Below, in pieces: positions 14,063-26,976 of a stretch of 64,000 bases of DNA. The stretch is from the human T2T-CHM13v2.0 reference genome, Homo sapiens, in assembly GCF_009914755.1 (NCBI RefSeq), contig NC_060936.1; one strand, 5' to 3'. Positions within the stretch are counted from its first letter, which is position 1. The number at the start of each line of letters is the position of its first letter. Under the pieces are notes generated by a model. That model saw nothing but the letters and a program-made list of their open reading frames with translations. It was not told where the DNA came from and did not search any database. A program made the translations under genes and the position numbers.

Positions 14063-15037
14063 ATTTTATGTTGGAAAAAAAAGATAAGGTAGTAGATTGG
14101 ATTAGGATAACAGTAAAGAGACCAAGAGATTTATTGGAAAGACTGTGTGATTGATTGACTATTGGATGAGAGGAAGAAAAGAAAGATTTCAAAATAATTC
14201 CCAAGTTTCTGATTCTAATGTTATGAATAATAACATTTCAGTGAATAACTGAAATAGGGAATGTTAGTGTAGGAATTTCATCATAATTTTTGTTCTGGTT
14301 GTATAAGTGTGATCATCTAAATGAAATTCGATCAGATAATAGTATTCAGTATTTCAGTAGGTGCAAGAATTGTGTTTTATGGGATCTACACTATATTTTC
14401 TGATTAATTTCAACCTTAGATAATAAAACGAATTGAATTGAGTCTTGTTAGCACTTTAGATTATGGGGAATTACTAGATTAAAAATACTCTTTAAAGCTT
14501 TAGGGTTCAGGAGTTTGTACTTTTCAAAGCATTGCTTAAACAAACTGAGGTAGTGGGAAATGAAGAGAATAGAGTCTGGTAACATAAAATAAAACTCATA
14601 GCAATTTTTTGTTGTTGACCGAGGTCAGTTTAGTTGAACCGTCTTGCAAGAAATAAAAACACATTTAAAATAAAATTCAAAAAAATGAATATCTCAAAGT
14701 ATTGTAATTAATCTATTCTATTGTTGTTTTATACATTTTTGTACCTTTATTATAGCATTTATCACATTCTACAGAGGATTGTAATTATTGCTGTTACATC
14801 TTTGTGTCTCCTACCCAATTATAACCACTTACTGGGCAAAGACAGTGTCTTTTTTATTTTTTCCCACTCGCAACTCACACACTGCTTATATCTCACTCAG
14901 TATATGTTTACTGGTCTTTTAAATTATCAGTTTTAACTTCTTCTGAGGCAATTTTTTAATAGGCTGGATCCAAACCAGTTTTCCTGAGAACTAATACAAA
15001 TGTGAACTTATATTTGATGAACTAGATTGTTAGACCT

Positions 15038-15570
15038 TGTAGGGCAAGAAAAAAAAAACCCTTTTCTTTCCTACACATCTTAGGCTCATTGAATGGAGTC
15101 TTGTAAATTAGACCGACGAAAGACAGATTGTCAAGAGAAAAACACACTAATTTATTTACTATAAGTTTCACATGACACAGGAGCCTTCCTAAGGAAATAA
15201 AGACCTCAAGAGACTGTTAATCTTGAATGGTTTTATGCTAGGTGTGATGAAGAGTGGAGAGTCTTGGGAAAATTTGATAGTACAAAAAGATATCATAGGA
15301 GAAAGGGCTAAGTGTAGTAAAGTGGGGGACATTTAGCAAAGTCTGTTCTTTCAGATTCCTCCTGGTAACTCTCCATCTTCAGAGATCAGGATGCTCCTTT
15401 CCTCCAGGTACAGGGAGTGCACCTCTCACATGAGAGTCTCATGACCTGCTTAAGGGGAAGAAGCTCAGAGAGTCCTTCCTGCACCTGCTGTTTCTCAAAT
15501 TCCTTCTGTTTGAAATCGTCAATATGCCAAGGCAGCATACTCTGGGGTAGTGCTTTCTGAATCCTTTTAA
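15038..15570 (-). mobile_element. ERV1 solo LTR, MER34/MER39 group
   Basis: Minus strand begins AAGGATTCAGAAAGCACTACCCCAGAGTATGCTGCCTTGGCAT...GAATTTGAGAAACAGCAGGTGCAGGAAG, like the recalled MER34 start. Confidence 0.7.
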
Positions 15571-15896
15571 CCCTGAAGCATGGGAAAACTACTGACTTAC
15601 CTCGAAGCGACATTCAAAGAATTTGCCATTTTCTTGTCTACCTATTTATTGTTTCATATTATTCTTATTGTTATTGTTCTGGCCCAGTTATACTCAACGG
15701 GTGATATGAGGGTTGTGTTTCACCATCTACTCCTGGTATTTGAAGAGTAACTTCTAGACAAGAAATTGTGATAGAACCGAGGCTTGCATTTTGTCAATCT
15801 TATATTAAAGGGGAAAACAAGTAAGAACAGTGCTCAATAAATCATCTTCAATGTTTCTCAGATCCGCTCTACACATTACTCTTTCCTCCTTCCCAC

Positions 15897-16910
15897 CCAT
15901 TCAATTATTCAGCAAATATTTATTGAGTTTTTTAGGAAGTGGGGGCACACCGATGAATAAAACAGATTAAAATCTCTGCCTTTGTAAAGTTTTTAATTCA
16001 GAAGAGGGAAACAATGAAAAATAAGCAGCACAGAAGAGAGAAAGAGAAGGGCTAGTGCAGGGGGCAGATACAGACACAGATATGCATGTTGGAAGCTAAT
16101 AAATACTGACGAACAAAGGAAAATATTAAATAAAGTAGATAGAGTAGGCCATACTGTGAAAACAAGATCCCAACGAAGTGTTGAAGGATCTGCAGGAATT
16201 AGCCCAGCAGTTGTCTCGAAGAAAGTATCCTAAGCAGAGAGAAGGCTAGCTCAAATGTCCTAAGGTAGACATACCCAATGTTCCTGAGAAACAGCTCAGG
16301 GGCCAATGTGGTTGGAGGGGAGTGAGCTAAGCGGGGCTAGTAGGACATGTGGCAGAGGAGTAAGAGAGAGATAGATCACAAAAAGCCTTGAAGGCTCTTA
16401 AAAGAATCTGTTTTTACTCTAAAGGGTCATTACAGGGTTCTAAGCAGAGGAGTGACACAGTCTGACTTATGTTTTTATTAAAGGAGTTGCTTTAAAGACA
16501 GCAACTCCTTTTGGAGACCAACTGCTGTGTTGAGGATAGATTGGGGCAGGGCAGGGGCCAGGTGGGGGCTGGGGGACCTGGAATCGGGAAGACCAGCAGG
16601 AAGTTATCATGGTGATTCAGGTGGGAGATGATGGCCAGGACTGAAATGACAGCAATGGAAGCAGTGCAAAGGGCGCAGCTACTGTTTATACCTTGAAGGT
16701 TGAGTCAACAGAATTTCCTAACAGACTGGATGTGAGTGTGAGAGAACGCGTGAAGTAGGGGAATCACTCCACTAAGTATTGCTTAAACAAGGGGCAGGGT
16801 GGAGCAGCCACAAATTAAGATGCGGGTACTCCCTGAATGTGGGGGCAGGGTGGTCAGGAGTTCAGTTTTGAGTGTACTGGGTTTGACATGTGTATTCATC
16901 ATCTGAGATT
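15897..16910 (-). mobile_element. L2 LINE fragment
   Basis: CATTCAATTATTCAGCAAATATTTATTGAG (L2 tail, reverse) and typical antisense L2 body. Confidence 0.75.
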
Positions 16911-17208
16911 GTACCTTCATACTTCTTAGTTGAGAAGGAGCTTAGAGACCACAGTAAATATGGTATCTGTCTGCCTAATCAATATTCTTTCTTTACAAAT
17001 TAAGAAGTTCATTTGTAAAAACAATTCAATGAATTGCACAAGGCTACGCAGCATAACAATTGTCATGCACAGTTGTTCTTTTAAAGTACTGTCTGGGCAA
17101 TAAATCATAGCCAAGTTCAGAATCCTCTGGCCTGTTTAAGTGAAAACCTTCCAGGGCTAATAATTCCAGTCACTAAAGAAGGGGCTTTAAAAAAAAAAAA
17201 CTCCCTTG

Positions 17209-17536
17209 TGCCAGTGCACGGTGTCTCACAACTGTAATCCCAGCACTTTGGGAGGCCAAGGTGGGCTGATCACTTGAGGTCAGGAGTTCGAGACCATCCT
17301 GGACAACATGGTGAAACCCTGTCTCTACTAAAAATACAAAAAATTGCCAGGTATGGTAGCTCATGCCTGTAATCCCAGCTACTGGGGAGGCTGAGGCAGG
17401 AGAATCGCTGGAAGCCAGGAGGTGAAGGTTGCAGTGAGCCAAGATAGTACCACTCTACTCCAGCCTAGGCGACAGAGTGAGACTCTGTTTCAAAAATAAT
17501 AATTATTATAATTATTTTAAAAAATGAAAAAATTAC
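17209..17536 (+). mobile_element. Alu SINE (AluS) with degenerate AT tail
   Basis: Full dimer; CTCCCTTGT duplicated on both sides. Confidence 0.95.
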
Positions 17537-17599
17537 AAACCTCCCTTGTAAAGAAGACATACAACTAACATTCATTAAGAGATTATATCATTCCGGACA

Positions 17600-17760
17600 C
17601 ACTCTCTCACTTAAGGGTCACAACAGCCCTATGAGTTAGGTTCCATAACTATTTTCCCCATTTTACAAAAGAGGTAAAGAAATTATAGAGACGTTAAGTG
17701 ATTTGTTAATTAAGTAGTAAAGCTGAGATTTAAACCCCGCATTCTGAGCCTAAAGTTCTG
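17600..17760 (-). mobile_element. MIR SINE
   Basis: CACAACAGCCCTATGAG..CCCCATTTTACAAAAGAGG..GTTAAGTGATTTG core. Confidence 0.7.
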
Positions 17761-19213
17761 CACTAGACCTTTACCCTTTCACTGTAGTATTCAAGCTCTA
17801 TAAAAATGCAGTCAGTGCTTGGAAGGGCAACTTTGAAAGCTGGTCATTATGTCACAATTGTGTTTGTGACAACAGGTGTTAAGAGGAAGAGAGGAGCAAG
17901 CATATATATATGGCACTCCAGGAAGATGAAGGTGGGATTATAGAAGTAAGAGTTAAAAACTGGGGAATGGAGGTTACTAACACCCAGATTTCAAAGATGA
18001 ATTTTCTAACTTAAATTTACTGAAGACTCTATCCTCTGGGGAAGGCGTGTTTAAATAAAACCAAGGAAGGTTTTTTATAACATGAAGTGATTCCTTTAAA
18101 TGAAATTGAGTATATAACATGCTGGTATTGTTCATTAAGAATAATTTGCTTAAAATTGCCTACAATCAAGAATTTTATGCAACCATTGTATTGATTTTAT
18201 AATTGACAGACTGGTGTTTACTTTAAAATGTGCCAATGAGTAAACTGAGTCTTTATTGACATTTATACACACTAAATTAAACTGAAAACCAACTTCTTTT
18301 TTTCAGCTTGCTTTGCTGTGACTAAAGAGAACTTGTAAGGAAGCCTGTGTCCATAGATTGTCATGGTAGCTCGCAACCTTTACTTTCTTTATGTGTGTCA
18401 AGTAATTCCAGGGAGTAGACGGTAAATTGGCACATCTTTCCATTAAGTAGGACTTGTTTGCCTTCAAAGAGGGGAGACATTGCCTCCTCCAAGTGATAGA
18501 GGGATGAGAAAACCTTTAAATATAGTCAGATGGAAAATGGTTGAAATGTTTTGTTTTAACATATGCCTTCTGGTATTTTTTATTTTCAAAATAAAAAATG
18601 CGTTTTTCATTTCATTTATGGTAATTAACACACTTCATTTGTTTTCCTTTTGTGGTTTTTGACTTTTTCATTTGATTGAAGAGCCTTTCTTTCAAGGCAT
18701 TTGTCTGCTCCCTGGTGGTCAGATAAAAATTTGCAACTTCAAGTGTTCAAACGGTTTTTTTTTTCCCCAACCTTAAAAAAAAAAAATCCTTCAAATTGGC
18801 ATTCAGAAGTGTGTTACCTCACATTTTATCAGCAGATGGATCCCGCATTAAGTTATTGTTTCCTTAATCCAACTGAGGTTCCAAATGTTCCTTTTATTAT
18901 AACGTATACAGGGAAATTTCAATATGCTTACTTTCTAGTGTATGCAGCTGTAGTCTGGGAGGTCTGATGTTAGGGAAAAAGAAGGAGGAAAGCAAGATTA
19001 AAAATCATTCCTGGAAATGCAAGAGAAAATGTGCTGGAGTGGTAAGACCAAAGTTTTCTTCTTCCTTTTTTTTTTTTCCGCTCTTCACACACACACAGAC
19101 ACCCCACAAGGAAAAAGATAGGTTTGCCTAGAAAACTACTGCTTCAGTTTCTCCTCTCTACTTTTCCTCTCCTGCAAGTTAAGTAAATCTCCAAGCCCAT
19201 GAAAAATGTATGG

Positions 19214-19404
19214 ACGCCTGGTCTGGTGTGTATATCCCAGTACTTTGTGAGGCCTACGCAGGAGGATTGCCTGAGTCTAGGAGTTCAAGACAAGCCTGGG
19301 CAACATAGTGAGACCCTGTTTCTAAAAAAAAAAAAAAAAAAAAAAATTTAAAAATTAGCCAGGTGTAGTGGCCCGTGCCTGTATACCCAGTTACTGGAGA
19401 GGCT
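19214..19404 (+). mobile_element. 3'-truncated Alu (AluJ-like)
   Basis: Left arm, long A linker, only the first ~50 bp of the right arm. Confidence 0.85.
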
Positions 19405-19547
19405 GTAATTGTGTGGTGAAGAATGTGTTAATTAATTTGATTGTGGTAATTATTATACAATGTATGTGTATCTCAAATTATCATGTTGTATACATTAATA
19501 TAATTTTCATTTGTCAATTATACCTTAATAAAGCTGAGGAGGAAAAA
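19405..19547 (+). mobile_element. Old L1 (L1MA/MB) 3' terminal fragment
   Basis: TTGATTGTGGTAATTATT..CAATTATACCTTAATAAAGCTG is the typical L1M 3' end. Confidence 0.75.
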
Positions 19548-19619
19548 TTTTAATGTAATCCTGTCAAGACCATTTTCCACTATGACTGGCTTTCCTTCAT
19601 ACTTTCCCTTAGAATGGCC

Positions 19620-20985
19620 TTGGGCATTACGACTTTGAAACAAGGGGAAGTTGTGTTGAAGATATTCCATTTTAATTGTAATTTAGAAAAACAGTTTGGA
19701 AAATTTCAATAAAACGATAGAGAAATTATAGATTCTTGATGTAGATACATGTGAAGGATATTCTTTTGCCATTTTAAAATGTATTTACTATATAACCAAA
19801 AGAATTCAAATTAATGAAATATGAAAAGAAAAACCACAAGAATAAATAATACAATCAATAGAAATTACTCTGATATCAAGAAGTAAATTATAACAACCAC
19901 AATGAAATCACATCATATCCAAAAGAATAACTCATTAAAAGGAAAAGATAAGTTTGAATGGGAGTAATGAGTAAGTGCTTGGATTGACAATGAAATCAAA
20001 AGGAAGAGTTCCATACAGACAAAGTGGAAATAATGTAAATATCTTGCCGATTTAACAAGAAATACTGGCTGAAGAAAATGTAAAAACTCATAATACATCC
20101 CAACTACAGTGAGAACATCAATAGCAAAGTGTTTAAAAAATATTATCAATTCCAAGATAATTCATGGAATTCTCTTAAATTGATAATATTGTGCAAAAAT
20201 TGCCCTCAGAACCTATGACTCATATGAACAGAACTTAATATGCTAGGCATGGTGGCTCACACCTGTAATCCCAGCACTTTGGGATGCCAAGGCAGGCAGG
20301 TCCTTTGAGCCCAGGAGTTTGAGACCAGCCTGGACAACATGGTGAAACCCTGTTTGTACAAAAAATACAAAAATTAGCGGGGCATTGTGGTGCATGCCTG
20401 TAGTCCCAGCTACTTGGGATGAGGGCCTGAGGTAGGAGCATCGCTTGAGCTTGGGAGATCAAGGCTGCACTGAGCTGTTATCGTGTCACTGCACTCCAGC
20501 CTGGACAACAGAGTGGGACTCTGTCTCAAAAACAAACAAACAAAAACTTGACAGAGAGTTTCCCAAATTATCCGCAATCCTAAAAATTTAATTTGACATC
20601 CCAAACAATAAGTAACGAAATTATAATAAATTATTCTAAACTACCAAATTAAAAAAATTTTTTTGATCAATCTAGAGGAAAGACTGAATTATCTTTCTAT
20701 TCTCTCCATGGAAAATATTATAAAATCAATGTCATATCAAGAGGCAATTCAGAGTATACAGCAAAAATACATATGTTAGAAAAAAGTATTATGGTGTTTT
20801 TAAGGTTGTTAATAAGTGCAATTGTGCAGTATTTCTGGATTTTTGTATTTGTCAACTTCTGAAAATTTTGAATTTCTTGTGATTTCTTTTCTCATTCTAA
20901 ATAAATACATTTGCATCTTCGTAAATTTTCTTAAAAACCTTATTTTCTGCCTCTCTCCAGATAAGCTTCGTGCCCCCCAAAACAA
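19620..20985 (+). mobile_element. Ancient hAT-Tip100 DNA transposon remnant (Zaphod/MER115-like), interrupted by an Alu
   Basis: GAGGAAAGACTGAATTATCTTTCTATTCTCTC, TTGTGATTTCTTTTCTCATTCTAAATAAATA and terminal ATAAGCTTC..GCCCC..AAAAC recalled from the consensus; left boundary uncertain. Confidence 0.6.
20241..20545 (+). mobile_element. Alu SINE (AluJ-like)
   Basis: Full dimer with TTGAGCCCAGGAGTTT and (CAAA)n tail. Confidence 0.93.
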
Positions 20986-21633
20986 AAGTCTATTCCTATA
21001 CACACCTCCACTGTAACTCTTAGCAATTGTGGGTCCCTTCTCAATACTTACAAAGTGTGGTCACAGACATACACATTCATGCACACACACTGCCAATTGT
21101 GATTCAATCTCATCTAAGAATAAAGGCTGTGTAATGGCTTTGCATTTGATTAACTAAAAGGCCACCCTCTTAACATTCCATCTCCAGAATGAATTATGTC
21201 TGTATCTCTAATGTAGCAGACCTGCTTACACCTTTTAAACTTGCTACTCTTCAAGTCTTTACCACAACCATGCTGGAAAGGAAAATAAAAAAAAACAAAA
21301 TCTAAACAACCTAATAGCCTCAGTTTCATCTAAGACCCCTCTCCTCAGTTTTCATTCAATTTACAGTGCTTCCTGGGCTGCTCTGAAATGGGATGTTAGT
21401 ATTTCTCAAGATGCAATTATTTCTTGTTAAAATAATAACAATCATCATCATCATCATCATCTAGGTGCTGTTAGTACCAGGGACACTGGACAAGAAAGAT
21501 AAGCAAGCCACTGCTGTCTGATTCCTACATAGCAGGTTTGTATTTTGTGACAAAGGTAGCATGTATTATTTTCTGTGCCCAGAAATTTCTAATAGGAATA
21601 TGTATTATAATGACATCTTTCATACTGTGATGT

Positions 21634-22405
21634 TGAAACCATCTCCACAAAGTTCACAAGAATTGCATGTTGAGTTCTGGACAGAAATATAGTTATAATT
21701 AAGCATTAATCAGGCTGCACTCTGGCCCACTTCCTTGTTGTTAAAACTCATGTAGCACTAGATACTGGCCATTTGCATGCTCATTGTTCCATAGATAGAA
21801 TTTCTGACATTAGGGTCATAGGCTGTTTAAGAATCGATTTGCATGCCCACTGCTCCCATAGGGAGGATGTCTGACATGAGTGTCATAGACTATTTAAGAA
21901 ATAATTTGCATCCCCGTTGTTCCTACAGACAGGATCTCTGTCATTAGAATCATAAGGCTTTTGTTTAAGGCTTTTGTTAAATTTTGTAAAATTTCTCATT
22001 TCTTGTGATTTCTATTCTCATTCTAAATAAATACATTTATATCTTTGCAATTTTTCTTTAAGACCTTACTTCTGCTTCACTCAAGATTGTTTTTCAGACC
22101 CCTAATTCCAGCAGCCAGTTTGAAGACCCCCACAGAAGAGTGAGATCAGCAGAATACACCTCATTCATCTCCCTATTCCATGACTTCACTGTGCACTCTG
22201 GGACCAATCAACAATCTCCACACTTCAGTTCACTCCAAAACCCTTAAAAATTTTATCCTCAAATTCTTCAGGGAGATGGATTTGAGGCTTCTTCCCATCT
22301 CCTTGTTCAGTGACCCTACAATTGAATCTCTTTCTCTGTGCCAGCTCAGCATCTTGGTGTATTGACTTGCTGTATGCATCAGGCAATAAGCCTATTACAG
22401 CTACG
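21634..22405 (+). mobile_element. ERV1 solo LTR (LTR26-like) with three ~67 bp U3 repeats and a foreign insert
   Basis: TGAAACC..TTCTGGACAGAAATATAGTTATAATTAAGCATTAATCAGGCTGCAC..GGAGATGGATTTGAGG..CCTATTAC. Confidence 0.75.
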
Positions 22406-25400
22406 GTAGTCTATCCAATATGAAACAAGAAATGAAATTCTGTTAATGCCATGTTGAGTATTATCCTGGCTCTAAAAGTATATTTGAAATGAGAATTGTA
22501 AATCCAAAAGCTTGTTTAAGTACAATAGGCAAATTTTACTGGAACATATAAATATGATGGGCCTCTATTTATTGGCCTATCCAGTTTCTTCAAAAGGCTG
22601 GAAAAAGTAAACCTTTCCCTTACAGTTTTGTATGCTTCTCTAGGTTCTAAATTAGGTATTTATCTAAATAGTATAGAATTCGTGTTTGTAATTCAGGAGG
22701 TAAAAAAGAGTATTAAAGGGACTTGATTTAGTTTTAGACCCAGGAAACACTGCAAGCACTTTGATGTGCTGGATGTCCTGCAGTTGGTGGCTTGTGTTGA
22801 TACTGGCAATGAACCATACTACTGACTAGTTTTTCTTGTACAGGCAATGAGAAAGATTAGCATATTGGCTTAATCAATTTTTAATGAAGGAGATATATAC
22901 TAATGACCAAATATTTGATACTGCTGTTACAGAAGAGCAAAATTTAAATTTTCAAAAGGACAGAATTATTAGGAGAACTACTTTGGGAACTGGATTTTCT
23001 ATATAATCGTTTGTTCCCATCTTCTAATTGTCCCCTGGCTTTCTTCTTCAGTCTAGGATATGGATGAATAATTAAACGAAGAAATATTTCAGATTCTTGC
23101 CTGTATGGATTTTATACATAGCATTCAAGCACTGCTGATTTACCATGAATCGATTATACTTTACTGTGGGCTCAGTCTTTGATCATTTGCTCTTTTGGCT
23201 AACTAGCAAGATTAAGTGATTTGTCCTAAATCATGCTCTAAGAATTAAGACTTCATTAATAATGCACTAAGAATTATATACATGCTACAGAAAGCAATCT
23301 TAGAGATCTGTATTTGTCAAGACTCCTGACTGCGTGTGACTTAACATGAATCAGTTTATTGGTCCCCTAATGACTACAATGTGGGAAAGATAGAGTGGAG
23401 GGATATAGAGATTCTCTTTATCCACATAAACCGAAGAAATGTAGAATTTAAGACTTTGTGTTTCTAACACTGTAGGAGAGAACAGTTCATTCAGAGCTCT
23501 TAATATTTTAGGAACTAGAGATTAATTTAGTAAAAATTACTAGATCATCAATGTCACATTTGTTTGAATTGTAAAAAGTTGCCTCCAGCAGAAGGATTGA
23601 AAAAAAAAAACAAAAAACAAAAAAACAACAAACAAACAAAAAAAACCAAACACTCTCTGGGCAGATGAATTACAAAAGGCATCTCTTTGGGTAAATAAAC
23701 AATGAAAATCTAAAAAACAAAACACTCTTTTAAACTGATAAACAACCCAAGGCTAACAAACCAGCCTTCCATTTACCCTCTTGGCTGGATGCATTTGTGA
23801 AAAGTACAATCTGCAAAATCATACAATTGATTTTGGAGAGTTCATCGGATTTTTCTGAATCTTGAATACAGTATTACGCTGGACTCTTTTTTTGGTGTTG
23901 GAGGGCAGTATCTGCCAGGCTCACAATGAAGTCATTAATTTTGTTATTACATCTCTTCCACCACCACTTCCCACCCCTGGCAACTACAGTGTACCACATG
24001 ACCACAAATTCTTGCTCACGGTGGATTGGACACCGGACCTAAGTTGGGCCAATCAGAACTACTTCCCGGCAACTTGCGATTGTCACTGAAAGAAATTGTA
24101 ATCCTCCTTAGAGGTGCTGCAGTGTGGGCAGCTTCCATGCACAACATGCAACATTTAAAAACCCAGTATAGGCAAAGAAAGAATGAAGCAGACATAGAGG
24201 GAAGTGTGGAGAGAAGCTACATATGGTGGAGATGACCCTCTGCTCTTCTGAAGGCCTTTGGGGTCTGATACAAACCCCTGTGTCCCAATTATAAATTCTC
24301 CTTTTCTTCTTTACCTAGGTTAAAGTGTTGGATTCATAATTCTCACTTCAGGAAGACTGAAAACCAGACTTTATTCTGTTAGATCCCAAGATATCAAGGA
24401 AGAGGAAAAGGGAAGAGCCCCAGGCACTATTAAACCACAGCTACAATCACTGCCATTTGAAACTTCCCACCAAACAACTTTACTATTCTGATTTAATTTC
24501 AACTCCCAGGGAGAGTTAGTATTAAGAGGAAGTACCTATCATCCATGATAATCCACCAGCTCTGGGGGTTTAGAAGGGAAAGGATGGAGGTCTCAGTGCT
24601 TGAGGCTAGGCTGACAGCTGAGCAGGGCTCCAGCTCACCTTAATCTCACTCCTGTGGATGCCTGCACTAGGGGCCTGAGCATTCTCCCAGATCTCTGCAT
24701 AGGAGGCTGCCCTTAGGCATTATTAAGGTGTGAAAGCAGCAAGAAAGAGCAGAATTAAACTGCTTTTCTCTAATGTATCCTTTTACAGCCCAGTGTATTT
24801 TGCCCTAGGCTAGCCTTTTCTTCTCCTTTCACCCTCCACATGCCAGTCCGAGACAGCCTTTCTTCTCACAGGAATTATTGTATTATTTCTTAAATTCTTT
24901 TTTTCTTCTCCATGGCTTTTCTAGAGGAAACCTAACAGTGTGGGTTTATCAATCATTTTGACAAGACTCTGAATTCCACTGAACAGATTTTTGAATAAAA
25001 ATTATGAACAAAGAAAGTGTAGTAAATCTGCTAATAGAAAAACTGACTATGCCTTGTGGGAAAATTTTTGTGTGTGTGACATTCCATCGTGTACCTGCCA
25101 GAGAAGAAAACAATTGGGCCTGTTACTCAAATTGTTCAATTTTTAAGCAGGTCCATTGTTATGATTGGACTTTATTCCAATATAAGCACTTGCAAAAGGA
25201 TGACATAAAGTGAGAATATAATAGAATGATTATATGTAATGAGTTTACTGAAGAACTTCTACATCTTGGAGTACAAACAATGTTTTGGATTTTTTTGTTT
25301 GTTTGTTTTTCTCCCATCATTTTCGGCAGTGTTTTCTTGCATTTCTCCTTGCAAGCCTTTTAAACAATATCATCTACAATTTTCTGCTTGCTTATGATTA

Positions 25401-25611
25401 TCAAAATTAAACCCAATTCTATTTATTTAAAACTGCAACATTTTTATATTTGATCTAAAGTTCTTCTTACCCCAAGCATACTTAATCAGTCCTGCTCAGT
25501 GTTGCCCATAGAATGTTTTTGGTCTATGAATGATTTGCTAGTGGTCAGAGGCAAATTAAGTATTTAGATATATGTATATTAATTTGACTTTTATGTAACA
25601 TCCAATCCCAT

Positions 25612-25675
25612 ATAAGCACCTTCTTAAACTCTGAGGCCCTATCATAAGCACCTTCTTAAACTCTGAGGCCCTATC
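25612..25675. repeat. Perfect 32 bp tandem duplication
   Basis: ATAAGCACCTTCTTAAACTCTGAGGCCCTATC x2. Confidence 0.97.
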
Positions 25676-26011
25676 ACATGGACCCAATGGCACTGCTGAG
25701 GCCCTCTTCCGTAAATCCTGATAATCACAGGGAATTGGGATGTAGTGGAGATTTGTTCCCATCATCTTCCCAAGCACCACATTTCCTTCAAGCTCTGTTG
25801 GTACAGAACCTACAGAAGTCTTCCCTAACTTAGTGTCTTGTCCATGTGCGCCCCCACACCTTGAGGGGCAGATCTCAAAGCTCTCTGAAAAGCCCTCATG
25901 ACTTTCAGCTACAGAAGCAATGGCACCTTTGAAGAACTCAAGATTACTGCAGCTCAGCTTCATCTACCTGGGGAGTCAGTTTCCAAAGATATTTCCTTAT
26001 AGTCACCTCTT

Positions 26012-26357
26012 GTCCTGGTTTATTTTTGTTGCTATAACTGAATACCTGCTACATCTGGTAAGGGGCTTATTGCTGGTGGGGACTCCCTTTAGAGTCTCCT
26101 GGCCTTCAATGTAGGGCATCACATGGTGATGAGCATATAAGGGAGAAGCAAAGTGGCTTTGATAATAGACTCAGCTACATGACAAACCATTAGTCCATTG
26201 ACCCACTAATTCATCAATTCATGAATGGATTAATCCATTTGCAAAAGCAGGGCCCTCGACCCAATCATCTCTTAAAGGCCTTACCTCTTAATGCTGTTAC
26301 ATTAGGGATTAAGTTTCAACATGAGTTTTGGAGGAGACAAATATTCAAACCATAGCA
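26012..26357 (-). mobile_element. ERVL-MaLR solo LTR (MLT1A/MST-like)
   Basis: GGGATTAAGTTTCAACATGAGTTTTGGAGG..CAAACCATAGCA terminus. Confidence 0.8.
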
Positions 26358-26976
26358 CCCCTACATTTTTAAAAATCATATATATACATATTTTTCTTTT
26401 TTTCATAGCTTTATGAGGTACATGAGAAATTTTGTTACATGTATCTAATGAATAGTGATCTAATCAGGTTATTCAGGGTGTCCATCACCTGAGTACAATA
26501 CATTTTTGCTAAGTATGATCATTCTAATGTGCTATCACACATTGAAATTATTCCATCTTACTGTATGTTTGTAAGATTTAACCTACTTCTTTTCATCCTA
26601 CCCCTGCCCCCCACCCTTCCTAGTCTCTGCTATCTATTTTTCTACTCTCTCCCTCCACGTGTTCAAATAATTTATCTCCCACATATAATTGAGAACATAT
26701 GATTTTTGTGTTTGTGTGTCTGGCTTATTTTACTTAACATAATGTTCTCCAAGCTCATCCATGTTACCACATTTTTTATGGCTGAATAGTATTCCATTTT
26801 GTATATACATCACATTTTCTTTATCCATTTATTTGCTGATGGTTGATTCAATATATTTGCTATTGTGAATAGCGCTGCAATAAACATGTGAGTGGAGGTA
26901 TCACTTTGATGTATTGATTTATTTTCATTTGGGTAGCCACCCAGTAGTGGAATTGCTGGATCAAATGGTAATTCTA

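Noticed and set aside
18280-18340. Plus-strand acceptor TTCTTTTTTTCAG with a nearby GTAAGG
   Set aside because: Would be a ~28 nt micro-exon with a weak donor; no other support
23900-24300. Possible LTR16/LTR33-type ERVL fragment (also ~33480-33900)
   Set aside because: Too diverged to assign family or boundaries by eye
25556-25963. 135 aa minus-strand ORF
   Set aside because: No recognisable domain, non-ATG start, runs through a 32 bp duplication, no supporting splice structure
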